From the NCBI GenBank assembly GCA_035221665.1, contig CM069168.1, positions 9,114,001-9,178,000 on the forward strand: a stretch of DNA of 64,000 nucleotides, in the 5' to 3' direction. The translations under genes were made by a program, and so were the position numbers. Source of the stretch: Okamejei kenojei. Lineage: Eukaryota. The notes beneath the pieces are model-generated. The model was given only the letters and a program-made list of their open reading frames with translations, searched no databases and had not been told where the DNA came from. This document shows, piece after piece, positions 62,688 through 64,000 of the stretch (positions are counted from its first letter, which is position 1; each line of letters opens with the position of its first letter).

Positions 62688-63958
62688 ATGGTATGTACGG
62701 GTCAGCTTTGTGCATCTAACTGGTGGTTGGTTTTCAATGGACAACTCGGCGCAGCTTTGATTCGCTGCACAGCCGCCTGCTGAGGTGACCGTGACAGGGA
62801 CATGTTACAGTGTCATTACTTGACTACGGCGCTCAACAATATCTCTCTCTCTCTTTCGCTCTCTCTGTCTCTGCAGAAACCACTACTGTGCATCGCTCTG
62901 CTGCTTCCAGCTGCTCAGTTGTCGGAATCCGCCTGCTTCTTTCAAAAACAGAACATAAACGGTAATCTATGGATGTGAATCTCTGTCTCAGATTCGTCAG
63001 ACTCGGCCGACAGCAGGGAAATTATACTCATGGCGCTATGCTAAAGCTCGTCGCCCTTGACTCCCCGCCTGCCCCGCCACTCCCCGGGGTCTCTCCATCC
63101 CCCGACGGGACAGTGACCCACTGCTGTCTTTGGCACCAACAGGTAGGAGCACGTGCTTTGACTCAAACGGCGTAATTCATCAATTCGGAAAAAGTTGGAT
63201 GAACACCAACTGCTGGGAGCGCATGTGTGTGCGCGACGGTTATGAATGCTGCGAACGGTAAATAATTATCAGTCGTTTAGCTCACACGATCTGACCCTAG
63301 ACGGGTGAACTGGCCAAGCGTGTTCTCAGGTTGGGACCCGTCGTTCTAGTGACCGCATCACCAGCCGCTCCCACTCTGGGTTCATTGACTGCGACCGACA
63401 CAAAACGTCTAGGGGTTCTGCCTGGCCGCAAAGTTGCTTCAGTGCTGTGTCCATCACAAAAAATGCTCCGAGGTTACAATTATTCAACAAGGAGAGAGAG
63501 TCCATAACTCCCCGTGAACTCCGACCATGCATTAATTCCCATTATCCACCTCACATTATGATTGGATCTCAGGACAGGACGTAGATATTTTTCTCCACCT
63601 GCGGGCTCGGGACAAGTAACAGCGTCAGTTAACCTCCCGACCCGCAAGTCTCTGGGACGTGGGAGGAAATTTGAGCATCTCTAAAGAAAACAACCCAGGC
63701 AGTCACAGGGAGAACGTAAAAAAGCTCCACACAGACAAGACCCGAGGCCAGGATCGAACCCGTGTCCATGGCGCTGTGGGGTATATCTTCCAAATTGATC
63801 ATCATTGATTCCCTGATCTGTTCCCCAGGTATAGCGTACCAATTGGTGTCCCGGCTGAATGTGTGTTAATTTTCAACGTTCACACTTGTTCGTTTCAAGC
63901 CTCTATGAAGAATCACACGACTGTCGAATGTTCAATCGTTGGAGCTATTGGGAAATGA
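62688..63958 (+). CDS. Beta-microseminoprotein (MSMB/PSP94)-like secreted protein, ~110 aa (exons: 62688-62690 tentative, 62877-62961, 63143-63257, 63829-63958)
   Basis: M|KPLLCIALLLPAAQLSESACFFQKQNIN|GRSTCFDSNGVIHQFGKSWMNTNCWERMCVRDGYECCER|YSVPIGVPAECVLIFNVHTCSFQASMKNHTTVECSIVGAIGK*; signal peptide, intron phases 0/1/2, MSMB Cys spacing; AATAAA at 63964. Confidence 0.85.
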
Positions 63959-64000
63959 GCTGGAATAAACAGGCAGCTCCCTTCCAACGCGGAGACATTC

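Overview
Repeat-dense vertebrate DNA, most likely a cartilaginous fish (skate/ray-type CR1 LINE tails, V-SINE/HE1-like SINEs, GPR139-like receptors); nothing looks prokaryotic. Two host gene families are present. (1) Three copies of a two-exon GPR139-like class A GPCR: one intact (44286-47305, 322 aa) and two disabled. (2) Three copies of a beta-microseminoprotein (MSMB/PSP94)-like secreted Cys-rich gene, which the ORF track misses because it is spliced: one near-complete (62688-63958) and two partial. Most copies sit in a nested inverted amplicon. 4677-~19860 and ~43850-60281 are inverted copies. Inside, a GPCR palindrome centred at ~20.9 kb appears to be duplicated in tandem, with a second, collapsed centre at ~42850. 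The rest is nested TEs: DIRS (x2), Gypsy, HERO-like, Rex/Babar, CR1, L1, L2, two ERV types, a MITE and Helitron ends. All alignments and family calls were made by eye; no searches were run.
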